Positions 25,440 to 36,960 of a stretch of 64,000 nt of DNA are shown one piece after another; within the stretch, counting starts at the first letter, position 1, and each line of letters begins with the position of its first letter. Location of the stretch: positions 248,001-312,000 of the forward strand of contig JANJGN010000242.1 in NCBI GenBank assembly GCA_026770705.1, written 5' to 3'. Under the pieces are notes generated by a model. The model had not been told where the DNA came from. It made no database searches and saw only the letters and a program-made list of their open reading frames with translations. This stretch comes from Isurus oxyrinchus. Taxonomy: Eukaryota. The position numbers were made by a program, and so were the translations under genes.

Positions 25440-25830
25440 TGTTGAAGCTGTACTCTCATCAGAATGACAAGGTTCTGGGTTCAATCTCATTCCAGGGCTT
25501 AGCGCTTAATTCAAGGTTGACACTAAGATGCATTGTTGAAGGAGGTGACACCTTTTAGGTGACACACGAAAACGAGACAGCATCTCCCTGCTCCGGTGAT
25601 TGTTAAATATGTCATGGCACCATTTCCAAGAATAGCATTGGAATTATCCAATGTTTATCCTCCATGTTATCTCGTCATTACCACATTTCTGTATGTGGGA
25701 GTTTGCCAATTGGAAATTAGCTGTTGAAGTTCCTACATTACAACAGTGACCCTGCTTCAAAAATGCTTCAGTGCTGTTAAGTGCTTTGAGGCTTCCAGTA
25801 ATCGTGAAACGTGCTAAATAAATGAAAATC
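25440..25830 (+). mobile_element. Deu-domain tRNA-derived SINE
   Basis: B-box-like GGGTTCAATC head, Deu-like core, L2-like tail GTGCTTTGAG..GTGCTAAATAAATG. Confidence 0.55.
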
Positions 25831-26269
25831 TTTCCTTATTTCTTGCTTTGATTAATGTTTAGCCATACGGTTATTACGGTTGACAGATTGAAAACATCAG
25901 CTCAAAACATCGCACCCATCTGGGGTAGGTCAGGAGCTCAAAGTACAAAGAAAATATTAGGTTTGGAATAATCAAATTCCTCTTTACACAAACAGAGGGC
26001 ACTCAATGTGGGATATGGTTTCACATAGAGAGCGGGAGAAAAAAAAGCACTGACATTGTTGGATGCCACAATGGAAAGTGGGGATTAGGATGTCTCGGGA
26101 TTAGTGAACCACGACAAGATGGAATAGCTTTTCTTAATTGCAGCAGTCATCGAAACTGTAACCTGTGGGAATTTGGCGTCAATAAAGCAATGCGCAATTG
26201 GCAGTAGGTGCCACAAGGAGCGGGTGTGAAACATTCAAAAATACTGTTGGTCATTGTGTGAAGTTAGTT

Positions 26270-26870
26270 AGCCTGTCTGACAAACACTGAGTGAGGCTGC
26301 CTCAGTGTGAGCTGATCTCACTGACAAACACTGAGTGTGGGAGGCCCGGTCTGAGCTCGGAGAGTGTGAATTGGCCTCAGTGAGAAACGTTGAATGTGGG
26401 CGGCCCGGTGTTATCTCAGAGAGTGTGAGTTAGCCTGAGTGAGAAACACTGAGTGTGGGCGGCCCAGTGTGAGCTCAGAGAGTGTGAATTGTCCTCAGTG
26501 AGAAAAACTCAGTGTGGGCGGCCTGGTGTGAGCTCAGAGAGTGTGAGCTGGTCTCAGTGAGAAACACTGAGTGTGGGCGGCCCGGTGTGAGCTCAGAGAG
26601 TGTGAACTGATCTCAGTGAGAAACACTGATTGTGGGAGGCCCGGTGTGAGCTCGGAGATTGTGAATTGGCCTCAGTGAGAAACACTGAGTGTGATCGGCC
26701 TAGTGTGAGCTCAGAGAGTGTGAACTGATCTCAGTGAGAAATACTGAGTGTGGGAGGCCCGGTATGAGGTCGGAGATTGTGAGCTGGTGTTCTGCAGAAA
26801 GACTGAGTGTGGAGTACCGCGTGTGAGCTCAGACGCAGTGTAAATTGCCGTTACTGAGAAGCACCGAGTG
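26270..26870. repeat. 59-bp tandem repeat, about 10 copies
   Basis: Unit GAGAAACACTGAGTGTGGGCGGCCCGGTGTGAGCTCAGAGAGTGTGAATTGGCCTCAGT; starts at 26382, 26441, 26500, 26559 and onward. Confidence 0.95.
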
Positions 26871-27082
26871 GGAGAGAGGGGGAGGTTGTGGCAGGATATT
26901 GGCCAGGAACAGGTACACTCTGAGAACAGGTTCTTTGGTTTTTCTACTCGACAATACCTCTGAGTTGGACCTGAAGTGATTGTTTGGCTGTTGTTAATCC
27001 TCTTAAATCTAATAACCCTCTCCTGGTTCTAACCTGGCTTCTGTGGGGAATTCTTTCTACCAGCATTTGATCTGGTCAAATA

Positions 27083-27411
27083 ACTTTACGGATTTAACGA
27101 GTTATCGTGCTGGTTTACACTCTTCCCTGAACGGACAAGTGAAGATGACGTGGTGCAGCTCCCTGGGCGGCTGGTTCTCAGTGAATTGGGAATCGTATCC
27201 ATGAGCTGCTCGGCTACAGCTGCGTTCACCACCCTGAACTGGAACAGCCATCGCCCGAATCAACCCCTCCAGCATCTGGTGATGGCTACAAGTGGGACTG
27301 ATCAACAAGGAAGGATCACTGCTGCAAACTGGAGAGTCACTAAATTCAGTAACATGACAGCGACGGCCGCCTAAATGACAGACAGCGCCACCTATCTCTG
27401 TGCCGTGATGC
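27083..27411 (+). pseudogene. Inverted family C single-exon V pseudogene
   Basis: ATG lost, stops in the leader; DDVVQLPGRLVLSE..SMSCSA..LNWNSH..GRITA..*MTDSATYLCAV; degenerate RSS CGAAGTG-23-CCAGAAACC (27412-27450). Confidence 0.88.
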
Positions 27412-28204
27412 CGAAGTGAAACAAACAGGTGGAGACTCTGTCCAGAAACCTACACCCAGTGGGGGAACTGCTTCGCTGTGTTTTGGAGTATCCGGTAATA
27501 ATGATGGAAAGCTATAGCGAATAAGCATAAAATAGAAAATAGTGAAGCTATAGAGTTCAAAAAGTGTGAAATAAAGAGAATTGGAAACACAGACAGGGAC
27601 AACTGAAAAGCAAACATAAATGAAAAATGAGTGAGGGAAGGATAGGAAACTTTTCTAAATGAGCATAGTTTTCAACACACGTTTAGGTTGGAATCGTTTT
27701 GGGAATAAATTTTAAACTAAGGATTTACTTCTGAAGACAAGCAATCTGAGATGTGCCCATGACATTGCCTGTGTGCGTGTGTGTGTGTGCGTGTGTGTGT
27801 GAGTGTGTGCGTGGCCAGTGAGGATAAGACAGGATCCTCACACATTCTCCAGGTCTTTGGCTCAGGTATCAGGAACAATTTGCTTCTCCACCTTTCTCTC
27901 TCTTTTCTTTCTATCTTTTTTTACTGTCTCTTTCAATAGTTTCCTAAATATCTGTCCTGTTCAAATAATATTACTGCAGATTTTCTCATGCTCTTTTTCG
28001 CTACATGTTCTGGCTTACGTCTTTGCTCCTCCTTTTTCACCGTCTATGTTTCCAGCTCTCTTTATTTCCGACTCTCTTTAAATATTTCTTCTATGTTTTC
28101 TTTATTTTGGCACTCATATCTCCTACCTTCCGATCATTTTATAACCGCACCACTCGCAAGGCTGATAATCCGAACACAGTAGAGTGGCTGTCCCATTCGG
28201 TGCA

Positions 28205-28243
28205 GGTTTCTGTACGAGCTCCCCATATGTTTGCTACACTGTG
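28205..28243 (-). promoter_or_regulatory. 23-spacer RSS
   Basis: CACAGTG-23-ACAGAAACC. Confidence 0.93.
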
Positions 28244-28576
28244 GCTCACGGCGCAGAGATAAATGGCAGTGTCTGTAACTTCAGCATCGCTCACAGTCAG
28301 GATACTGAGTTTGCTGCTTTCACCGATTGAAGCCGTGATCCTCCCTTGTTGACCCGTTCCTCTTGTGGCCATTACCTGATACTGGGGTGGATGATTCGGG
28401 AGCTGTCTGTACCAAGACACAAGGTTAAATGCTGTTGGGTGGGTGCAGTTCATGGTTACGTTTCTTGCTTCCCTAACGACCACCTGCCCATGGAGCTGCA
28501 CCACCTCATCCTTACCGGCCACATCCGTGAAGGTAAGAGTGAAAAACGGCAAACAAATTCTGTAAATTCTAAGCAT
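28244..28576 (-). CDS. TCR alpha-type V segment (family C), leader and V in one exon, apparently functional
   Basis: Uninterrupted 111 codons MLRIYRICLPFFTLTFTDVAG-KDEVVQ..VTMNCTHPTAFNLVSWYRQLP..TDTAIYLCAVS, then an RSS. Confidence 0.92.
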
Positions 28577-29359
28577 TATCAAATCACATGAATTACTGGC
28601 TGTAACAATTGTCTCGGGAGGTCAGGTTAGAAGAAGGAGATGGATATGATATTCACCATAATTAACAAGAAACCAAACACGGGCTTCAGGTCAAACTCAG
28701 AGGTACCTTATTGTCGCTTGAACATAAGAAGTTCAGTCTTGGTGTTTACACGCCCATACTCAGCGTGTCATACTGACACCAGCTCACCCAGCCTGTGATC
28801 TCGCACCGGTCCGCCCACATTCAATTTGCTCATTGGTTCACGTTGCTCTCTCATGGCATGTACCGGTAAGTGCGTGATTTCCCGCCAAGCTACAGTACAC
28901 ATGATAGTTAGATAGACAAATTAGAACAGCTATTCCCTCCTTCCTACTCTAGGTCTCTTATCGGGGGAGACCCGACATCTCGCCTTCAACTGTAGCATCC
29001 AACGATTCCAGTGCATTCTCCTCTCGCATTCTTGCTGAAGCTTTATTCCAGATTGCGATAACTCTCTGTGTTACAACAGGAAGATTTACCCGAAAGTCTG
29101 CTTTCATATTGTGAACCCGTGCGCTTCCCCACTTGAATGTAGTGCGAACTGTTTTTTCAAATATTAACAGCATGCCAACAGTCATAACAGCATTGACAGC
29201 ACAGTATAATGAATTACGTTAAACAATGTAAAATATACTATGAATATTAAAATATTTTTTGTTTCCACATGTGTTCTTTTAATGACATTTTCTTCAATAA
29301 AGTGACCGAACATTGTTCTCAGCCTGGAATTCGCCCCAACACTGATCACAACAGTCTGC

Positions 29360-29375
29360 CACTGCCCTCAGGTGG
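29360..29375 (-). promoter_or_regulatory. CTCF-like motif
   Basis: CCACCTGAGGGCAGTG with upstream TTCCAGT. Confidence 0.5.
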
Positions 29376-29579
29376 CGGTGACTGGAACTATAAGGTGCAG
29401 CTTTCCAGCACTTGGTTGCCTTCCAGATTCGAGATTGCATTTAACAATTTCTCTACAGCGCTTTTTTCTTCTTTCTATGTTTTCTCTTTGCATTTTGGGT
29501 GGAAACTCGAAGGGACGAATGTGCTTTCCTTAAGTACACCTCAACCAGAGCTAAATTTCGTTTCTTTACTTTCCCCAAT

Positions 29580-32500
29580 ACCATAAGACCATACGACATA
29601 GGCGCAAAAATTAGGCCATTCGGCCCATCGAGTCTGCTCTGCCATTCAATCATGGCTGATAAGTTTCTCAACCCCATTCTCCCGCCTTCTCCCTGTAACC
29701 TTTGATCCCCTTACCAATTAAAAAACCTATCTATCTCGTTAAATACACTCAATGACCTGACCTCTGTGGTCAATAAATTCCATAGATTCACCACTCTCTG
29801 GCTAAAGAAGTTTCTCCTCATCTCTGTTCTAAAAGGTCATCCCTTTATTCTGAGGCTGTGCTCTCGGGTCCTAGTCTCTCCTACTAATGGAAATATCTTG
29901 CCCACGTCCACTTTATCCAGGCCTTTCAGTATTCTGGAAGTTTCAATCAGATCCCCCCGGATCCTTCTAAACTCCGTCGAGTGTAGACCCAGAGTCCTCA
30001 AACGTTCCTCATATTTGAAGCCTTTCATTCCTGGGATCGTTCTCGTGAACCTCCTCTGCACCCTCTCCAGGGCCAACACATCTTTGCTGAGATATGGGGC
30101 TCAGAAATGCTCACAATATTCGAAATGTGGTCTGACCAGATCCTTATAAAGCCTCAGCAGCACATCCCTGCTTTTATATTCTAGTCCTGTCGAAATAAAT
30201 GCCAACATTGCGTTTGTCTTCCTAACTACCGACTCGACCTGCAAGTTAAGCTTAAGAGAATCCTGGACTAGGACACCCAGTCACATTGCACTCCAGATTT
30301 CTGAATTATCTCCCCATTTAGAAAATAGTCTATGCTTCTATTCTTCCTACCAAAGTGCATGACCTCACACGTCCCCACGTTGTATTCCCTCCACCACTTC
30401 TTTGCCTATTCACCTAACCTGTCCAAATCCTTCTGCAGCCTCCCCGCCTCCTCAATACTACCTGTCCAGCCAACTATCATTGTATCATCTGCAAACTTAG
30501 CCAGAATGCCCTCAGTTCCTTCATCTTGATCATTAATCTATAAAGTGAAAAGTTGTAGTCCCAACACTGACACCTGCGGAACTCCACTAGTCATCAGCTG
30601 CCATCCTGTGAAGGACTTCCTTGTCACCACTCTCTGCCTCCTGCCAGACAGCCAATCTTCTCTCCATGCTAGTAGCTTGCCTCTAACGCCATGGGTTCTT
30701 ATTTTACTGAGCAGTCTCCAGTGCGACACCTTGTCAAAGGCCTTCTGGCAGTCCAAGTAGATAACATCCATTGGCTCTCTTTTGTCTAACCTACTCGTTA
30801 CCTCCTCAAAGAATTCTCACAGATTTGTCAGACATGACTTCCCCTTCATGAAACCATGTTGACGTTTCCCTATTTTACCATGCACTTCCAAGTATTCTGA
30901 AATCTCATCCTTAATAATGGACTCTAAAATCTTACCAACGACAGAGGTCAGGCTAATCAGCCTGTAATTTCCCGTCTTTTGCCTCACTCCCTTCTTAAAC
31001 AGGCAGGTTACATTAGCGATTTTCCAGTCCTATTGGGCCCTCCCTCACTCGAATGATCCCTGAAAGATCACCACTAACGTCTCCACTATCTATTCAGCTA
31101 TGTCCGTCAGAACTCTGGGGTGTAATCCATCTGGTCCACGTGATTTAGCCACCTTCAGACCTTTCAGTTTGCCTAGCACCTTCTCCTTGGTAATGGCCAC
31201 CATAGTCACCTCTCCCCTCCGACTTTCCTGAACTTTGGGGATGTTACTTGTGTCTTCCACCGTGAAGATTGACGCAAAGTACATACTCAGTTCCTACACC
31301 ATTTCTTTGTTCCCCACTATGACTTCTCCAGCGGCCCAATGTCCACGTATGCCTCTCTCGTACCCTTTATATATCTAAAAAAAACTCTTGCAATCTTCTT
31401 TTATATTACTGGCTACATTGCCCTTATATTTAATCTTCTCCCTCCTTATTTATTTTTTGTTGCCTCTATTGGTCTTTTAAAGCTTCCAATCCCCTGGTTT
31501 CGAACTGCTCTTCGCCGAATTGTGTGCTTTCTCTTTAGATTTTATGCTGTCCCTGACTTCCCCTGTCATCCATGGTTGCCTCGTCCTTCCTTTAGTATGC
31601 GTCTTCTTCCTCGGAATGAATTTTTGCTGTCTCCCAAATTACTCCCCGAAAATCCTGCCGTTGCTGTTCCACTGTCTTTCCTGCGAGGCTCATCTCCCAG
31701 TCAATTCTGGCCAGCTCCTCCCTCATGCCTCTGTAGTTGCCTTTATTCAACTATAATACCATTACATCTGATTCCAGCTTTTTCCTTTCAAATTGCAGAG
31801 TAAATTCTATCACAATATGGTCACTTCCTCCTAAGGGTTCCTTTACCTTAAGCTCCCTTTATCAAATCTCCCTAATTACACATCACTAAATCTAGAATTG
31901 CGTGTTCCCTAGTGGGCTCCACCACAAGCTGCTCCAAAAAGCCATCTCGTAGACATTCCACAAATTCCTTTTCTTGGGATCCACTACCAACCTGATTTTC
32001 CCAGTCTGCCTGCATGTTGAAATCCCCCATGATCACTGTAGCCTTGCCTTTCTTACACGCTTTTTCTATCTCCCGGTGTATTTTGTGCCCCACATCCTGA
32101 CTACTGTTCAGAGGCCTGTACATAACTCCCATTATGTATTTTTTTATCTTTGCCGTTCCTCAACTCTACCCACACAGATTCTACGTCATCTGACCCTACG
32201 TCGTTTCTTGCTATCGATTTAGTTTAATTTCTTACTAACAAAGCAACCTCACCCCCTCAGCCAACCTGCCTCTCGTTTCGATAGGATGTGCATCCTTGGA
32301 TATTTAGCTAATGGTCCTGATCCCCTTTCAGCCATGTCTCCTTGATGCCCACCACATCATACTTGCCAATTTCAATCTGCGCCACAAGCTCATTTACCTT
32401 ATTTCGTAAACTGCGTGCATTCAGATACAAAACCTTCAGTCCAGTATTTCCCGTCCCCTTTCTCATTGCCGTGCCTTTATCTGATGTGCTTGAAGTTAGA

Positions 32501-33305
32501 TTCCGAGCCCTTTCCAAAGACTCTGTACTATTTTGTGTTCTGGAGACTTTAATACCCTCTCCTGGGCTCTCCTTGCTTTTCAGCTTTTTGATATTTTTCC
32601 ATGAAGTTGAATCCATTCCCCACACGCAAACGTGCTGCTTTGTTTCCCATTAGTCATTCTTCTTGGAGTTTTACCCATCCCTTCCCCCTGTTGACCACCT
32701 AATTTACCCTTTTCGCTGGAACATTGGCCCTAGATCGGTTCAGGTGGACACAGTCTCAACGGTACAGATCCCTCATGTCCCACTACTGATGCCAGTGCCC
32801 CACGAAATAGAACCCCTCTTTCCCGCACCACTCCTTTAGCCACAGATTTACTTCCCTTATTCTCGCATCCCTGCGCCAATTTGGACGTGGCTCGGGTAGT
32901 TATCCGGAGATTATAACCCTTGAGGACCTGTTCTTTAATTTAGTTGCTAGTTCCTGATAATCCCCAACCAAGGATCTTTCCTAGTCTTACCTATGTTATT
33001 TGTCCCGACGTGGAGAACAATGAATGAATCTTCTCCCTCCCTCTCCAATATCCTTTCAAGCCAGTCAGAGATGTTCCTCACCCTGGCACTGGGTAGGCAA
33101 CATACCATGCTGGACTCCCGATCTGCTTACATAGGATGCTATCAATTCCCCTAATTATAGAAGCCCCTACAACTACCACTTGTCTTTTTGCTCACCCCTC
33201 TTGAATGGCCTCCTGTGCCATGGTCAGCTGGCTTATCCTCCTTACAGCCCTCTTCCTCATCCACACAGATAGCAAGTACCCCATACCTGTTGGGCAAGGT
33301 CAAGA
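29580..33305 (-). mobile_element. Near-full-length decayed CR1 LINE (ORF1 remnant, APE endonuclease, RT, tail)
   Basis: LYLNARSLRNK..ETWL, GVMYRP..MGDFN, YLDCQKAFDKV, LERVQRRFTR; same family as 17195-19152. Confidence 0.95.
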
Positions 33306-33524
33306 TCTAGACCACACAACAGAATGGTTATGAACAAATTATTACAGTATTAAACAATCTACAATGAAAATACATGATCTGTTTGTGTTTTAACAGATTC
33401 ACTGAAGGCGGGATGGGCTGAAGGTTATCAATGAGAGAAAAGAAGGAGAATTGTTAAAAAATGGTTTTTAAAAAGAGTTTTATTAGAAAATAAGAGATTT
33501 AAAATTAAAAGGAGAATGTCTCAT

Positions 33525-33615
33525 AGAGAGAGAGAAAGAGGAAGAGGAAGAAAGCATTGAGAGAGAGAGAGAGAAAGAGAGAGAGTGAGAGAGACAGAGA
33601 GAGAGAGAGAGAGAA
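33525..33615. repeat. (GA)n-rich microsatellite
   Basis: Direct reading. Confidence 0.9.
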
Positions 33616-34846
33616 CAAAGTGGTTCAGTGAGTTAGCCGCTCTCTCAGAAAGAAAGAAGAGGGAGATTAAATGGTTTTTCTAACAGACATGCCCGCCTCA
33701 GCAATGGAATGGCCAATATGACACGAATTTCTAAACAAGAATGCATAACAGAAAATGATATCAATAAAACTTTCGGTATTAAAAGATCTGCAGTTACATT
33801 TTGAAGCAGAGAAAATAAAATGCAGAAACATTCTGGGGAAGATAAACCTTATATATTTGTAGAATGACAGTGGAAGCATGAAAAATGATTTGTTTCTATA
33901 CAAATGCACAGAACAGGCGATATCTGAAATGTAATTCCATTGATGAACTGAAACTGAATATTGGTGTAGCACAGAACGGACGGCCACTCCGATACCGCCC
34001 GTTTTAGGCCAAATCCACCGGCCAATTACGAGCACAGCATCTTTACTTATAATATTATCTGTCCATCTCACAGGGGCATAGAATAACAGAGACTAGGTCT
34101 AGTATATTATAAGTGGAGATATGGGCTAGTGCTGTAATAACAGAAACAGTGACTAGTGTTATATTAAGAAATACAGGGCCCATTGTAGCTTTAACCGATT
34201 TAGGAAACTGTGTGATATAAACTGAGACAGAGCCTAGTGCAGTAATTACCAACAAAGGTAAACAGAGATGTGGACATGTACAGCAATGAGAGAGACATGT
34301 TATAGCACAACAATAACAGACACAGGGTATCGTGTGATAAAAACAGAGACATAGACTGATGCAGCATTAGCTGAGACATCTTCTAGTTTAGTATGAACTC
34401 GGCAGGGATTCCCGTATTAATAACTGAGACAGAGCCTCAAGAAATGCAAACAGGAACATGTTCTGGTTTAGTATAAGCAAAAACAAATTCTGGTGCAGTA
34501 ACAATTGAAACATGACTATTGCCATATTAGCTAAGAATAATTAGCTAAGAATAATTAACAAATTTATCTAAAACTATTTTTTAACAATTCTCCTGCATTT
34601 CTCTCAATGATAACCTTCAATACAGTCATAACTGAGAGAATGCCTGGTGCAAGATGGCCTTGGTCCAGTATATTAACAACTGAGATTGAGCCTTTTACAG
34701 AAATAACTGAGACACAGCCTGCTGTCTTAGGATCAGGGAGATGAATTGGCGCAATACAAATAGACACCGGACCTTCTTCAGTCTGAACAGAGACACGGTA
34801 CAGTGCAGACAGTGCGCACTTCAGGTAATGTCAACAATCACGGTTT

Positions 34847-34862
34847 CACTGCCATCTACTGG
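34847..34862 (-). promoter_or_regulatory. CTCF-like motif
   Basis: CCAGTAGATGGCAGTG with upstream TGCAG. Confidence 0.6.
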
Positions 34863-34939
34863 GCATACCTGCAATTGCAGATGCTGTGAATGCCGAATTC
34901 TGTGACTGCTTTATATGTTAATCACGGAACAACATAATT

Positions 34940-35400
34940 CTTACTACACAAAAGGAGGCCAGTCGGCCCTTCCTATCACGTATGCCACCCTTTTCCCCAT
35001 AGTGCTGCAATATTTTGTCTTTTCGGATAATAATCCAATTCCTTTTTGAAAGCATGAATTGATCCTGCCTGCATCACATTCTCAGGCAGTTAATTCCAGA
35101 TCCAAATCACCCACAGTGTGAAGAGGGTTTTCTCCTCGTTGGATTGTTTCCTCTCCCAATTGCCTTAAGTGTGTGCCCTCTGGTTCTCGATCCTTGCTCC
35201 AGTGGGAACGATTTTCCCTGTCTAGTCTGTGAAGACGCACCCTGATTTTGAAGACCTCTATCAAATTGCCTTTCAATCTTTCCTACTTCAAGGAGGTTCG
35301 TGCCAAATTCTGCAATCTATCCACGTAAATAACGTTCCTCAAACTTGCAACAATTTCCAAAAGACGTTTCTGAACCTCTCTAATGTCTTTCAATTCTTCA
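34940..35400 (-). mobile_element. CR1 LINE 3' fragment
   Basis: KGNLIEVFKI..LDRE. Confidence 0.7.
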
Positions 35401-35789
35401 TGAACTTAAACGTGTGTCTATCTCGATGTATTTTGTGGGTTTTGTAAATGTTGTTTACTCATGTACTTGCCACCTATCTATTTATTTACTCCTCTGTCTC
35501 TGTATATATCTTTCTATCTGCCTATCACTCTCATTATCTTTCACTGTGTATTTCCATCTAACTATCATGCATTGCCATCTTTCTATCTAAGCATCATTAA
35601 GTGCCCATCTATCAACGTATCTCATAATCGTTCCATTATTGTCTATGTACCTCTGTCTCTCCAAATCTCTATCTATCTCTCTATATATATTTCATTATCT
35701 TCCTGCATGTCGCTCTATACCACTATATCTCTATGTGTTTCTACCTTTCTTTCTTTTTATCGATGTCTGTTTCTCCTTGTGGGAGCAGT

Positions 35790-36760
35790 GTACCTGCAGA
35801 CTATGTCAAACAGCAAGCTTTACAATCTTTCAGGATTGAAGGCAAATACAAAAGCACACCATGTCCCGATCAGGAGATCCCTCTGCACTGACGATGCTCA
35901 TGGGTTGTCTCTCCCATGTCTGTCACTGGTTTGCCCTGAGTATCAGTGTCAAGTAAGCTATGGACATGGGACAAGGTTTCAGCGGGTATCTCCGCGACTG
36001 ATCACAGCAAAGAGTAACCCATTCGAATTGATTAGCAACTTCTGCTATCTAAGGTCCACAGTATCAATCCCTTGAAGCAAAGCCCCATGTATGCATGGGA
36101 TTGTAACAACTACCTTTGCCCAACCCACGAAGCGTGCATGGTATAACTCAAAACTGCCACTTTAGGTCAGGCTGATTGTTTATAAGGCCCATGCTCTCAG
36201 AACCTTGTTTCATAGCGGTATTATATTGGCGACTTATGGCTACCAGTCAAAGAAGCTCAATAATTTCCATCTTCGCTGCCTGTGGTGCATTCTGGGCAGA
36301 GTCCACCCGGACAGAATCACGGATTCGACAGTTCTTTCAAAAGCAGAGCTCCCGAGTGTGCTGGCACCAATCAAACAGTGGCAGCTTTGGTGGAATGGGC
36401 ATATCCACAAAATGGAAGTTTGCCAAAAACCCAGGTATCTTCTGTATGGTGACTTATCACGAGCCAGGCGACCACCTGGGCGCCAAGGCCCCGCTTCAAG
36501 GGGGCGTGCAGGCGTGATGTGAAGGGCCTGAACACCCACGGTTGGCACAGGACGTCAGTAGCTGGCAAATGGGACAAAGGGCGACACCTTTTGAGCGCTG
36601 ACGTGCACGACCCCCGTGACCAATGGCTACTGCAGCCTGGCAACAGGCGCTCATGTTAAGAGCAACAAACTGCAACGTTACTTCATGTGCTGCAATTGTG
36701 GCTGAACCTGCCTCTTTAGAGTTGGCCCTCGCATCCCTCAGCAAAGGTACACTCAGGTAA
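35790..36760 (+). mobile_element. RTE/BovB-like LINE 3' fragment
   Basis: KKLNNFHLRCLWCILG..DRITDSTVL..LWWNGHIHKM..PRYLLYGDL..RPPGR. Confidence 0.8.
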
Positions 36761-36774
36761 TAGACCCCACCTAC

Positions 36775-36960
36775 ACAAAAACAAAAATAGCTGGAAAACT
36801 CAGCAGGCCTGGCAGCAGCTGCGGAGAGGAACACAGTTAATGTTTCGAGTCCGAACGACCCTTCAACAGAACTAAGTAAAAATAGAATAGAGGTGAAATA
36901 TTAGCTGGATTAAGGGGTCGGGGATGGGCGGGGGCGGGGGGGGGGGGTGTCGGTGGGACA
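36775..36960 (-). mobile_element. Penelope-like terminal repeat fragment
   Basis: Homologous to the hairpin arm at 4459-4553 and to 45290-45450. Confidence 0.7.

Noticed and set aside
26270-26870. Possible CRISPR array or array of RSS-flanked D segments
   Set aside because: Units are contiguous with no unique spacers; the heptamer-like CTCAGTG lacks the essential CAC and no nonamers are present
1514-28576. IgH, IgNAR or NAR-TCR cluster interpretation
   Set aside because: No D, J (WGxG/FGxG with 12-RSS) or C exons, no octamer promoters seen, and the tandem V-only array with CAL/CAV ends fits TCR alpha/delta
35461-36075. 204-aa ORF
   Set aside because: Low-complexity CT/AT-rich DNA running into an RTE fragment
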